Shown here in pieces: positions 15,138-24,537 of a DNA stretch of 39,734 bases. The stretch is from NCBI GenBank assembly GCA_018061375.1, contig JAGOUG010000001.1:1-39734 (forward strand), given 5' to 3'. The stretch's first letter is position 1. Each line of letters begins with the position of its first letter. This stretch comes from Candidatus Saccharimonadota bacterium (lineage in GTDB: Bacteria; Patescibacteriota; Saccharimonadia; Saccharimonadales; UBA7683). Below the pieces are notes generated by a model. It did not search any database. It saw only the letters and a list, made by a program, of their open reading frames with translations, and had not been told where the DNA came from. The position numbers and the translations under genes are program-made.

Positions 15138-17261
15138 ATGTCAGACATTATTAACCCGTTCGGTAAAGATATCATCAGTGTAGAAACTGAGCTTTGCGGA
15201 CGTACACTTAAATTTGAAGTTAACCGACTTGGTTTTAGAACTTCAGCTTCAGTACTTGTTAGCTACGGCGATACAGTTGTACTTGGTACAGCTATGGTTG
15301 GTAAAAAGCCGATTAGCGGAATGGATTATTTTCCACTTTCAGTCGATTATGAAGAAAAGTTTTATGCAGCTGGAAAAATCAGCGGCAGTCGGTTCATTAA
15401 AAGAGAAGGCCGACCTTCTGACGATGCTGTGTTAATTGGCCGATTGATTGATCGTCCAATTCGACCACTGTTCCCAAAGGGCTATAGGCAAGAGGTACAG
15501 GCAGTTGCTACAGTTCTATCTATGGATCCAAGCTTCCGCCCAGATATGGTTGCAATGATTGCACTCTCTACGGCACTCTCACTTACTGGTGCACCGTTTG
15601 AAGGTCCTGTTGCAGGACTCCGCGTTGCACGTGTAAATGATGAATTTAAAGCATTTGCAACACCAGAAGAGATTGCAAATAGCGATTTAGACCTTGTTGT
15701 AGCAGCTACAGAAAAAGCCATTATTATGGTTGAGGCTGGTGCAAGTGAAGTCAGCGAAGAGCTCGTTGGTGATGGGCTAGCCTGGGCATTTGATGCTATG
15801 CAGCCAGCCGTTGCACTTCAAAAAGAGTTGGTAGAAAAAATGCAGCCAGCCAAGCTTGAATATACACTTGTACTTCCAGATGCGGCAATTCAAGAAGAGG
15901 TAAACACTTGGGTAGAAGGCAAATTTGGTGAATCTGTACGTGTACCGTACCCAGAACGTAACGAACTTGTCAGTGTACTCCGAGATGCCTTTCACGTAGA
16001 CTTTAAAGAGAAGCACGGTGAAGATACCTATAAAGATCTCCATGCAGATTACGACGAAGCATTCACCAAAGCACTTCATGAAGATGTTCGAAGGGGAATT
16101 GTTGACCATAACCTACGACCAGATGGCCGACAGTTAGACGAAGTTCGTACACTCAGCTCAGATGTTGGTGTACTACCTCGTACGCATGGTTCAAGCATAT
16201 TCACCCGCGGTATGACGCAGGCGCTTAATGTTATTACACTGGCACCGCTTTCTTACGCACAGGTTGTTGATACTATGGAACAAAACGACGGTGAACGTCG
16301 CTACATGCACCATTACAACGCACCAGGTTGGACAGTTGGTGAAGTTCGCAGAATCGGTTCACCGGGCCGCCGAGAAATCGGTCACGGCTACCTTGCTGAG
16401 CGTGCGCTTATGGCAGTACTCCCTGCTGAAGAAGACTTCCCATATGCAATTCGTTCAGTTACAGAAATTATGAGTCAGAATGGTTCTACCAGCATGGCTG
16501 CAACATGCTCGAGCTGTTTGGCACTTATGGATGCTGGCGTACCTCTAAAACGACCAGTTTCTGGAATCGCAATGGGTCTTATGATGGACGGTGATACACC
16601 ATACGTACTTTCTGATATTGCTGACGCTGAAGATTTTGCTGGTGATATGGACTTTAAAGTCACCGGTACCGAAAAAGGTATCACGGCGCTGCAGATGGAT
16701 ATGAAGGTTCACGGACTACCGGTTGAGATTCTCCGTGAAGCGTTAGAAAAAGGTAAGATCGGCCGAGCTAAAATTTTGGAACACATGATTAGCGTAATCT
16801 CTCAGCCGCGCGAAAAACTCAGCCCGTATGCACCACGGATTGAAAAAATTATGATCAACCCTGAAAAAATTGGTGCAATTATTGGTAAGGGTGGCGAAAC
16901 CATTAACAAAATTACTTCTGAAACTGGCGCACAGATTGATATTAAAGATGACGGCCTTGTTACTGTTTCTGCAGTAGACGGCGTTGCAATTGAAAAAGCT
17001 ATGGATTGGATTAAGGGGCTAGTTGAAGAACCTGAAGTTGGCAAAATTTATAACGGCCGAGTTGTAAAGGTAATGGACTTCGGTGCATTCGTACAATTTA
17101 TGCCAGGCCTTGATGGCATGGTGCACATTTCTGAAATGGGTGAAGGCCGTGTAGAACGAGTTACTGACGTAGTAAATGAAGGAGACGAAGTAAAAGTTAA
17201 GCTTATGGCAATCGATGACCGCGGTAGAATGAACCTAAGTATTAAGGCAGCAAAGGAATAA
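15138..17261 (+). CDS. pnp: polyribonucleotide nucleotidyltransferase (PNPase)
   Basis: It has two RNase PH domains, a KH domain (IGKGGETINKI) and an S1 domain (GRVVKVMDFGAFV). ATG 15138 has a GAAAGGA SD. The ORF-track GTG 15051 extension is not conserved-looking. Confidence 0.96.
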   Translation: MSDIINPFGKDIISVETELCGRTLKFEVNRLGFRTSASVLVSYGDTVVLGTAMVGKKPISGMDYFPLSVDYEEKFYAAGKISGSRFIKREGRPSDDAVLIGRLIDRPIRPLFPKGYRQEVQAVATVLSMDPSFRPDMVAMIALSTALSLTGAPFEGPVAGLRVARVNDEFKAFATPEEIANSDLDLVVAATEKAIIMVEAGASEVSEELVGDGLAWAFDAMQPAVALQKELVEKMQPAKLEYTLVLPDAAIQEEVNTWVEGKFGESVRVPYPERNELVSVLRDAFHVDFKEKHGEDTYKDLHADYDEAFTKALHEDVRRGIVDHNLRPDGRQLDEVRTLSSDVGVLPRTHGSSIFTRGMTQALNVITLAPLSYAQVVDTMEQNDGERRYMHHYNAPGWTVGEVRRIGSPGRREIGHGYLAERALMAVLPAEEDFPYAIRSVTEIMSQNGSTSMAATCSSCLALMDAGVPLKRPVSGIAMGLMMDGDTPYVLSDIADAEDFAGDMDFKVTGTEKGITALQMDMKVHGLPVEILREALEKGKIGRAKILEHMISVISQPREKLSPYAPRIEKIMINPEKIGAIIGKGGETINKITSETGAQIDIKDDGLVTVSAVDGVAIEKAMDWIKGLVEEPEVGKIYNGRVVKVMDFGAFVQFMPGLDGMVHISEMGEGRVERVTDVVNEGDEVKVKLMAIDDRGRMNLSIKAAKE

Positions 17262-17263
17262 CA

Positions 17264-17617
17264 TTGGCTGAGTTGACTCCCGAATTTCTAACAATGCCTT
17301 CCGGGGAAGATAAACTGAGACTCCTAGGGTTACTGGCACATGTGCGGTATCAGCAAATAACTTCTGATGTCTCAGCAGAACTAGGAGTGACAGTGTATGA
17401 GCCAATTTTTAGTAGAGTCTGCCACCGTGGTGTCACATTTGATGAACTCCCGCCGGTATTTCAACACGAGTTTTTGGCAGAAGCTGGGATAAATCCTGAT
17501 TTTGCTGCGGTTGCGAGCCCGCTTTTACCCGCAATTAGAGCGGTTACATTTGCGGTTGAACAAGGAGTCTCTGCACAAAAAATTAATGACACTATTTTAG
17601 AGGCTGGGGCAGCGTAG
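17264..17617 (+). CDS. hypothetical protein (117 aa)
   Basis: An ORF with a TTG start 2 nt after the pnp stop. No motif is recognised. Confidence 0.5.
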   Translation: MAELTPEFLTMPSGEDKLRLLGLLAHVRYQQITSDVSAELGVTVYEPIFSRVCHRGVTFDELPPVFQHEFLAEAGINPDFAAVASPLLPAIRAVTFAVEQGVSAQKINDTILEAGAA

Positions 17618-17621
17618 CAGT

Positions 17622-18197
17622 ATGAGCTCAAATACACCCCAGCTACTGAAGATTTCGGACGATATAGTTACAGATAATATTTGTCTTGAGCTACGAGAAC
17701 AGGCGACTCAGCTTGTATTTGCCGACGGGAATTCCGAGGCTGATATTGTCTTCATCGGGGAGGCTCCAGGGAAGAAGGAGGACGAAACTGGATTGCCATT
17801 TATGGGAGCAGCGGGGAAGTTTTTAAATACAATGCTTGAATCTATTGGGATGCGACGTGAAGACGTGTATATTACTAATATAGTTAAGTATCGTCCACCG
17901 AAGAACCGCGATCCTTCTGCGGACGAGAAACAGGCTTTCTGGCCATACTTGATGCGTCAACTGGATGTCATTAAACCAAAACTGGTTGTGACATTAGGCC
18001 GGCACAGCATGGATTATTTTCTGCCGGGCATGAAGATAGGAGAGGTTCACGGCGAACTTCAGCATATCAACATGTCAGACCGAACGCAGGTGTTATTGCC
18101 GTTGTATCACCCTGCAGCAGCGTTATATAACGGAGGTTTACGTCAAATTCTTATGGAAGATTTTGCACGTATACCAACTATTTTGAAACAAATTTAA
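17622..18197 (+). CDS. uracil-DNA glycosylase, family 4-like
   Basis: The GEAPGKKEDETGLPFMGAAGKFL motif (GEAPG...G-PF-G-AG) is present, and the C-terminal HPAA motif is LYHPAAALY. Confidence 0.9.
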   Translation: MSSNTPQLLKISDDIVTDNICLELREQATQLVFADGNSEADIVFIGEAPGKKEDETGLPFMGAAGKFLNTMLESIGMRREDVYITNIVKYRPPKNRDPSADEKQAFWPYLMRQLDVIKPKLVVTLGRHSMDYFLPGMKIGEVHGELQHINMSDRTQVLLPLYHPAAALYNGGLRQILMEDFARIPTILKQI

Positions 18198-18233
18198 AAC
18201 TCTTATTAAAGAATAAGAAAAGGAGAAACCATA

Positions 18234-20228
18234 ATGGTAAAACCAAGAATGCAACCAAAAAACCCCGAGGAACATCGGGAAAAAGCACAGAAATATCAAC
18301 AACCACAGCGTCAAGAACGTGCACCTCGTGAGCGAATTCAGTCTTCTCAGATGAAGACAAACCGTGGCGAAGCAATTAGAACTGCACGACGTAATTTTGA
18401 AACTGCCGATAAAGCAGTTGACCGTTGGAACGTGTTTGAAAAGCACCATGAACGCCAAGCAAACAGCATCCCGCTTTCACAACCAGATCGACTCAGAATT
18501 ACAATTTTGGGTGGTCTTGAAGGTATCGGTGAAAAAAATATGATGGTTATAGAACACGGTAATGATGCAATTATTGTCGATAGCGGCTTTGACCTTTCAG
18601 TAGATCTACCAGGTGTTAACTTTGCTATTCCAGCAACTCAGTACCTCGAAGGTATTAAGAATAAAATCCGCGCCTACGTGGTAACACACGGGCATATGGA
18701 CCATATTGCGGCCCTACCGTATGTTGGTGAAGAATACCCGGCACCAATTTACTGCGGAAGCCACTTTACGGCGGGAATGATTGAAAAGCAGTTTGAAAAT
18801 ATCAATCAAGAACGTGGTACAGAACTCAACCCAGACGTAATTATCCTCAACATGGATAACCACGAACGACACGTCATTTCACCATCGTTTACAATTGAGT
18901 TCCTCAGAATTACGCACTCGATTCCAGATTGTTCAACACTTGTTATCGATACGCCAGTTGGCCGATTAGTTAATACGGGAGACTTCCGCCTAGACCCTGA
19001 ACCACTCGATCAGCACCCTTCAGATCTTGCTCGCTTAAACGAGCTTGGTAAAGAAGGCACACTACTATTAATGAGTGACAGTACGAACGCTCGATATGTT
19101 GGTAGAACGCAAACTGAACACACACTTCAGAAGAGTTTTAATGACATTTTTGAACAAACAGCTGGGCGTATATTTGTTGCGATCTTCTCAACTAATATGA
19201 ACCGTGTGCAAATGATTATTAATTCTGCAGCAGCCGCGGGCAGAAAAGTTGCCTTCGACGGCCGCGGTATGATGGCTGTTGGCGAAATCGCAGTACGAAC
19301 AGGTAACCTTAAAATTCCAAAAGGTACAGTGATTGCTATGCGCGAGGCACCAAATGTACCAGAAGAACAACTTGTAGTTGTCTGTACTGGAGGTCAGGGC
19401 GAACCAAATTCAGCACTACAGCGTATGAGTATTGGCGAACATAAGCACATCAAACTAAAAGAAGGCGACACTATTGTAGTAAGTTCTTCACCGATTCCGG
19501 GTAACGAAGTACGCTACCAGCAGATCGGTAATGACCTTGCTGAACTTGGTTGTACTATTTTCAGACACCCTTCACGAGATATCGATGGCTGTGGTCCACT
19601 ACACGTTTCTGGGCACGCAAACCAAGATGAACTGAAAGAAATGGTGGAGATGACTCGGCCGAAGTTTGTACTACCAATTCACGGCGGTATGCTCGACCGA
19701 AGATACCACGGCAAAGCCGCTGTTGCTGGTGGAGTACCTCAGGAGAATGTTATCTTAGCAAAGAATGGTTCAATACTTGAATTTGATGCAGAAGGAAAGT
19801 TCTATGACGCTGGTGAGGCACCAGCTGGTGCAGTCTTGGTAGATCAAACAGGCGCGATCGTGCCTGGTCTCGTTGCCAAGGATCGACTACTTATGAGTGA
19901 AGAGGGGATGGTTGTTATTATGCTAACCATCGACCGAAAATCTGGCCGTCTACTGACGAGCCCAGATATCATTACTCGTGGCTTCATCTATATTAGAGAC
20001 AACGCAGAGTTAATGGATGGTCTTCGTGCAGAGCTGAAACGTGCATCTGCACAGCGCTTCACTCGGGTTGATCTCGATAGGTTCAAGCAAGAACTGAAAG
20101 ATCATATTAGTCACTACTTGTACGAGCACACGAAGCGTTCACCAGTACTGATCCCGGTTGTAAATGTTATTGGTTCAAACGGCCGCAGCAACGTGAAGCC
20201 AAAACCACTCGCTGACGCTGCGCAATAA
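18234..20228 (+). CDS. rnj: ribonuclease J with about 85-aa basic N-terminal extension
   Basis: The metallo-beta-lactamase motif is VTHGHMDHIAALPY. The beta-CASP layout and the GLEGIGEKNMMVIE start of the core are present. An AAAGGAG SD is present. Confidence 0.94.
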   Translation: MVKPRMQPKNPEEHREKAQKYQQPQRQERAPRERIQSSQMKTNRGEAIRTARRNFETADKAVDRWNVFEKHHERQANSIPLSQPDRLRITILGGLEGIGEKNMMVIEHGNDAIIVDSGFDLSVDLPGVNFAIPATQYLEGIKNKIRAYVVTHGHMDHIAALPYVGEEYPAPIYCGSHFTAGMIEKQFENINQERGTELNPDVIILNMDNHERHVISPSFTIEFLRITHSIPDCSTLVIDTPVGRLVNTGDFRLDPEPLDQHPSDLARLNELGKEGTLLLMSDSTNARYVGRTQTEHTLQKSFNDIFEQTAGRIFVAIFSTNMNRVQMIINSAAAAGRKVAFDGRGMMAVGEIAVRTGNLKIPKGTVIAMREAPNVPEEQLVVVCTGGQGEPNSALQRMSIGEHKHIKLKEGDTIVVSSSPIPGNEVRYQQIGNDLAELGCTIFRHPSRDIDGCGPLHVSGHANQDELKEMVEMTRPKFVLPIHGGMLDRRYHGKAAVAGGVPQENVILAKNGSILEFDAEGKFYDAGEAPAGAVLVDQTGAIVPGLVAKDRLLMSEEGMVVIMLTIDRKSGRLLTSPDIITRGFIYIRDNAELMDGLRAELKRASAQRFTRVDLDRFKQELKDHISHYLYEHTKRSPVLIPVVNVIGSNGRSNVKPKPLADAAQ

Positions 20229-20254
20229 TAGTGGTAAAAAGTATAAAATAGTGT

Positions 20255-20283
20255 TGTAATTTTTAAACGCTTATGGTATACTA
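20255..20283 (+). promoter_or_regulatory. Candidate ftsK promoter (TTGTAA-17 nt-TGgTATACT), -10 ends 7 nt before the ATG
   Basis: The -35 is at 20255-20260 and the -10 at 20278-20283. No usable SD is present. Confidence 0.45.
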
Positions 20284-20290
20284 CTAGGGT

Positions 20291-22498
20291 ATGGCAAAAA
20301 GAAAAAAGTCTCGAAAAAAATCTGCAGCCAAAGCCTCACCAAAGGTTCAGCATCTGTTACCAAACGGATGGTGGCAGCAGGTTGTCAGTGTAATTCTTGG
20401 TCTCGGCGGGGTCCTCCTGCTACTGGCGATTTTTAACCTCGCCGGTCCGGCGCCACTTGCAATGTTTAACTTCACAAGAACACTGTTTGGGTATGGTGCA
20501 TATCTTATACCAGTAATTCTATTAACCCTGACAGTTCAGAAGTTCATAAGTGAAGACAATAAGCTCAGCGGTAGCGTATATGGTGGCTCGCTCCTATTTA
20601 TTGCAACACTCGCCTCGTTTATCCACCTGTTTGTTGATCCTACTGAATCAAAACTTCTTGTTGAAACTGGCAAGGGTGGGGGACTAATTGGTTCTGGAAT
20701 CGACACATTTGTTGCGGGCTTTTTAAGCCCAATTGCGGCAGGCGTAATTTTATTCGCTTTAATGCTACTTTCGCTACTCTTTGTACTAAAAATTCCGATT
20801 AAAGATGTCTTTAAGGCATTCTTCAGCATATTCAAGCAAGAAGCTCCAGATGATGAAATGCGCCCAAAAAATGCTGACACAACCAAGATATCTCGTTCGG
20901 TAGATGAGATGAAACTTAACACCGGCGTCGCGATAGAAAACGATACTCGTGATACACAGGGTTCACCACGGCTTTCTTCACTTAAGAATAGTGTCACACA
21001 AGACAAAGTGGAAGAAAGCAAGGATGCGCTTACAATGGCGAGTGATCCAAACTGGAACTTACCGAGTATTGATCTTCTGAGCAATAAGCAGAGCAAGGCA
21101 GATCCGGGAGATATCAAGCATAATGCCCAGGTTATTAAAGATACCATGCAAGACTTCAAAATTGACGTTTCAATGGAAGAGGCAAATGTTGGCCCTAAGG
21201 TAACACAGTACACCCTGAAGCCACCTGCAGGAGTCCGGCTTTCTAAAATTACCGCGCTCGATGGCAACTTGGCGCTGAGTCTCGGCGCTGAAGCTATTCG
21301 TATTGAAGCCCCGATTCCTGGTAAACGAGCAGTTGGTGTTGAAGTGCCAAACAAAAAGGCCGCAACGGTAAACCTCCGCAGTATTATAGACACTAACGCA
21401 TGGGCTGACGCAAAATCTCAGCTCAGCTTTGCAATCGGTAAAGATATTTCTGGACACCCAATTGTTGGTGAGCTCGAGACAATGCCGCACCTTCTTATAG
21501 CAGGTCAGACCGGGTCTGGTAAATCAGTTATGATAAATACTCTTCTTACGAGTTTGTTATACAGAAACTCACCAGCAGATCTTAAGTTGATACTAGTTGA
21601 TCCGAAGCAGGTTGAGTTAACGCCATATAAAAACATTCCTCATCTGTTAACACCAGTAATTACCGAACCTGAAAAGTGTATCTCTGCACTTAAATGGTCG
21701 GTTAATGAGATGGAAAGACGATATTCATTACTTGCAGAAAAAGGAAAACGAAATATCGAGAGCTATAATAGTTCGAACCAAGAAGATCATATGCCATACA
21801 TTGTGATTGTTATAGACGAACTCTCAGATCTTATGATGATTGCAGCACGTGATGTAGAGGCCTTAATTGTACGCATAGCACAGAAGGCTAGGGCTGTGGG
21901 TATACATTTAGTGCTCGCAACTCAGCGTCCTTCGGTAGATGTTATTACTGGGCTTATTAAGGCTAATATTCCTGCTCGTATTGCCTTTACGGTAGCTTCA
22001 CAAATAGATTCCCGCACAATTATCGATCAGATGGGTGCTGAAAAATTACTTGGTAAGGGTGATTTACTTATTACAACTGCAACACATCCAAAACCACGAC
22101 GTGTACAGGGTGCAAACGTTGAAGACCTAGAGATTGTCAAAATCACCTCGTTCTTGAAAGACCAGCGTCCACCTGACTTTAATGATGAGGTCGTTACACA
22201 ACCGGTTCAAATTAGTTCTCGAGGTGGCATGGTTATGGACATGGACAGCGGTTCTGACGATGCAATGTTTAAAGATGCCGTGCAGTGTGTAATCGAAAGC
22301 GGAAAGGCATCTGCAAGCTTGCTTCAGAGACGTCTCAGGGTTGGCTATGCCCGTGCAGCACGACTGGTTGAAGATATGGAAGAACAGGGTATTATCGGCC
22401 CCGCAGACGGTGCTCGACCACGCGACGTGCTCGTCTCATCCCTCGATGATGTATTTGGAAGCGATACCTCAAGTGCGGACGATACCGAGGAACTATAG
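20291..22498 (+). CDS. ftsK: DNA translocase FtsK
   Basis: The N-terminal TM helices, the Walker A motif GQTGSGKS and LATQRPSVDVITG are present. The C-terminal gamma wHTH is SASLLQRRLRVGYARAARLVEDME. Confidence 0.97.
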   Translation: MAKRKKSRKKSAAKASPKVQHLLPNGWWQQVVSVILGLGGVLLLLAIFNLAGPAPLAMFNFTRTLFGYGAYLIPVILLTLTVQKFISEDNKLSGSVYGGSLLFIATLASFIHLFVDPTESKLLVETGKGGGLIGSGIDTFVAGFLSPIAAGVILFALMLLSLLFVLKIPIKDVFKAFFSIFKQEAPDDEMRPKNADTTKISRSVDEMKLNTGVAIENDTRDTQGSPRLSSLKNSVTQDKVEESKDALTMASDPNWNLPSIDLLSNKQSKADPGDIKHNAQVIKDTMQDFKIDVSMEEANVGPKVTQYTLKPPAGVRLSKITALDGNLALSLGAEAIRIEAPIPGKRAVGVEVPNKKAATVNLRSIIDTNAWADAKSQLSFAIGKDISGHPIVGELETMPHLLIAGQTGSGKSVMINTLLTSLLYRNSPADLKLILVDPKQVELTPYKNIPHLLTPVITEPEKCISALKWSVNEMERRYSLLAEKGKRNIESYNSSNQEDHMPYIVIVIDELSDLMMIAARDVEALIVRIAQKARAVGIHLVLATQRPSVDVITGLIKANIPARIAFTVASQIDSRTIIDQMGAEKLLGKGDLLITTATHPKPRRVQGANVEDLEIVKITSFLKDQRPPDFNDEVVTQPVQISSRGGMVMDMDSGSDDAMFKDAVQCVIESGKASASLLQRRLRVGYARAARLVEDMEEQGIIGPADGARPRDVLVSSLDDVFGSDTSSADDTEEL

Positions 22499-22540
22499 TT
22501 TGAATCGGGGGTATCTGAACCTGCCCAGTAGGATCACGCG

Positions 22541-22882
22541 GTGAGCCCAGCTATTTTTGTAGTTATCGGCACACAGTTGTTGTTTCTGACGAGTGACATT
22601 ATGGGCAGACACTACATGGTCCAAGACGGCTTTAAGCTGAGTACATTTTTATCATTGTGGTTTCTTGGGTATCAAGCGGTACGCTTTGTGGCAACTATTG
22701 GGCAGCTCTATGTCTTCACACAGTTTGAGCTTGGTAAGACCATGACATTATTTGCTGTTGCCGGCTTGGTCATGGCAAATATAGCGGGTTACTTATTGCT
22801 CGGTGAGGTTCTTACGCTAAAGGCATATATTGCGATTGCCCTCGCAATTACGGCATTCATCATTCTCGCACTTGCAAAGTAA
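22541..22882 (+). CDS. small 4-TM membrane protein, EamA/SMR-like (DMT superfamily)
   Basis: A 113-aa protein with four hydrophobic helices. The C-terminal GYLLLGEVLTLKAYIAIALAITAFIILAL is typical of EamA-type repeats. The start is GTG. Confidence 0.6.
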   Translation: MSPAIFVVIGTQLLFLTSDIMGRHYMVQDGFKLSTFLSLWFLGYQAVRFVATIGQLYVFTQFELGKTMTLFAVAGLVMANIAGYLLLGEVLTLKAYIAIALAITAFIILALAK

Positions 22883-22938
22883 GTCAGAGTCATAACGCTT
22901 TTGTATAGTTAATCAGTTTACTGTATATCTAGTAGGAT

Positions 22939-23427
22939 ATGAGATTTCAACTTGAAGGTACTACTAATGTTGAGACAGTTGATGTAACAGAGGCCCGTGA
23001 CTTTTTTGAAGAATCAGCCGATTTTCAAACTGGTGATGAGTTATATGATTCAGCGGTGAGATACTTTGGTGATAAATTTTTTAGTTCAATCGACTACAAA
23101 CATAAGTATCGTCAAGGCCACGCTCCGACCCTTAGTTATATGAGTCTTGAGCAGGCTGAAGAAATGGCCGTGAGCTATCAGCGGATGTTTGAGCGTGTCG
23201 TAGATGCTCGGCGATTTCTTGAAATACATGCTGAAACATTAGTTACGTTTTGGCAGACATCAAAATATGGGTTAAGGAGTGCCTATACGGACGTACTGGC
23301 CGACATACTATCTAATAGTCCACAGTTTATAGACAAGTATTTCGAAGGAGACGAAGGACAGTATAACCGGGATTGCTTCAATGCTGTGCAATGGTTAGAT
23401 AGTTGGCTCCGCTTCGAAAAGGATTGA
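22939..23427 (+). CDS. hypothetical protein (162 aa)
   Basis: An ORF preceded by TTGTAT-17 nt-TATATC (22901-22929). No family is recognised. Confidence 0.65.
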   Translation: MRFQLEGTTNVETVDVTEARDFFEESADFQTGDELYDSAVRYFGDKFFSSIDYKHKYRQGHAPTLSYMSLEQAEEMAVSYQRMFERVVDARRFLEIHAETLVTFWQTSKYGLRSAYTDVLADILSNSPQFIDKYFEGDEGQYNRDCFNAVQWLDSWLRFEKD

Positions 23428-23476
23428 CTTTAACTATATAATATGCTAAAATAAATAACGTAATAAGTGAACAAAA

Positions 23477-24046
23477 ATGGCAGAAACACTAAAACAATCT
23501 GATAGAGATCCTCAAGACGATATTTTCGTACCAACTTCCGGGCATATCGAGGACCATGATAAAGTCGGGCTACTTGATACAAGAACTCTACGAGCATTTG
23601 AAATAGAGTTACTTCTGGACCCAGAGCATACACTTCCAGATGTAGCAGTTCTGCCTGCGCCAGATACTCGTCAGGGCGGAAAGTATTGGACAAAGAATGT
23701 AATTATGCATGATGGTCAGAAAGTTGGTACGTGTACTGTTACGCAAGATCCAGACACGAAAGAACGTTGGTTCAATGAGGTTCACGTCGATCAGCGGGGA
23801 CAAGGGTTTGGACCGGCAGCGTATAAAGAAGCCATACAGCAGTCAATTATGGATGGATTTAGCTTTAGGACACATAATATATCTCAGACTACTGCAGCAA
23901 AGGAACGCTGGGAGGAACTAGCAGATGCGGGTGTCGCGCAGGTAGTAACGGAGTTCACGCCGACCATGGGTATAGACCCTAAGACAGGGCTTCCAAAGTA
24001 TGACGGTTACTACGTAGTTCCATCTGCTGAATCTATAAAGCAGTAA
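23477..24046 (+). CDS. hypothetical protein with possible minimal GNAT acetyltransferase core (189 aa)
   Basis: VHVDQRGQGFGPAAYKEAI fits the GNAT motif A pattern (R-x-x-G-x-G). The rest is unassigned. Confidence 0.55.
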   Translation: MAETLKQSDRDPQDDIFVPTSGHIEDHDKVGLLDTRTLRAFEIELLLDPEHTLPDVAVLPAPDTRQGGKYWTKNVIMHDGQKVGTCTVTQDPDTKERWFNEVHVDQRGQGFGPAAYKEAIQQSIMDGFSFRTHNISQTTAAKERWEELADAGVAQVVTEFTPTMGIDPKTGLPKYDGYYVVPSAESIKQ

Positions 24047-24065
24047 TGTTGGTCTAGCGGTATTA

Positions 24066-24094
24066 TTGACCAACAGGGGTAAGTTTGGTATAAT
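24066..24094 (+). promoter_or_regulatory. Strong candidate promoter of rpsF operon (TTGACC-17 nt-TGgTATAAT)
   Basis: The -35 is at 24066-24071. A consensus TATAAT lies at 24089-24094, with TG at 24086-24087. Confidence 0.65.
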
Positions 24095-24114
24095 TTGGTT
24101 ACATTATTAACTCA

Positions 24115-24176
24115 AGCGTGACTTGTGAGGTTACGCTCCTCCAGAACCGAAAGGGGAAGGATGGAACCGAAAGGAG
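24115..24176 (+). promoter_or_regulatory. Structured rpsF leader: 8-bp hairpin, CCTCC anti-SD-like element and duplicated GAACCGAAAGG
   Basis: The stem is 24115-24122/24130-24137. CCTCC lies at 24138-24142. An 11-mer direct repeat occurs at 24144-24154 and 24164-24174, and the second copy contains the SD. Confidence 0.4.
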
Positions 24177-24182
24177 TATTAC

Positions 24183-24536
24183 TTGGAAAAAGTATACGAG
24201 CTAACTGTGTTGTTTCACCCAGATCTAGAAATTGATCTTGAAACACCGGTTAAAAAAATTGAAGGCATTATTGCTGATAACCGTGGTACAGTTGTTTCAC
24301 AAAATAACTGGGGCAAGCGACGACTTGCGTACACAATTAAGAAGCAAGACTTTGCTGTCTATGTTTTGTTTGAAGTTTCAATTGCACCTACCAGTGCAAG
24401 TAAGATTCAGAACCTACTCAACATCACTGACGAAGTACTTCGTTACTTGATGGTAGAAAAAGATCCAAAGGCTCCTGAAGCGACTGAAAAGCCTGCTGAA
24501 GAAGCTGAATCAGACGATAAATCTAAGGAGGACTAG
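24183..24536 (+). CDS. rpsF: 30S ribosomal protein S6
   Basis: YELTVLFHPD...WGKRRLAYTIKK is canonical bS6. The start is TTG with a GAAAGGAG SD, and the C-terminal tail is acidic. Confidence 0.95.
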   Translation: MEKVYELTVLFHPDLEIDLETPVKKIEGIIADNRGTVVSQNNWGKRRLAYTIKKQDFAVYVLFEVSIAPTSASKIQNLLNITDEVLRYLMVEKDPKAPEATEKPAEEAESDDKSKED

Positions 24537-24537
24537 T

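Noticed and set aside
20619-20626. A DnaA-box-like TTATCCAC, and a possible dif or origin signal near ftsK
   Set aside because: It is a single copy inside coding sequence. There is no cluster of boxes, AT-rich unwinding element or dif-like palindrome anywhere in the window.
20536-21393. A 285-aa antisense ORF inside ftsK
   Set aside because: It lies entirely within the conserved FtsK coding region. Its product is Ser/Ile-rich low-complexity sequence and it has no initiation signals.
22499-22540. A guanidine-type riboswitch upstream of the small SMR/EamA-like transporter
   Set aside because: Only 42 nt are available. There are no paired ACGR-loop hairpins or ykkC-like elements. The only hairpin (TCAC-GCG-GTGA) overlaps the start codon.
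23430-23693. An 87-aa minus-strand ORF overlapping the start of the 189-aa plus-strand gene
   Set aside because: It is shorter, has no SD or -10 support, and overlaps the longer plus-strand ORF that continues the local gene orientation.
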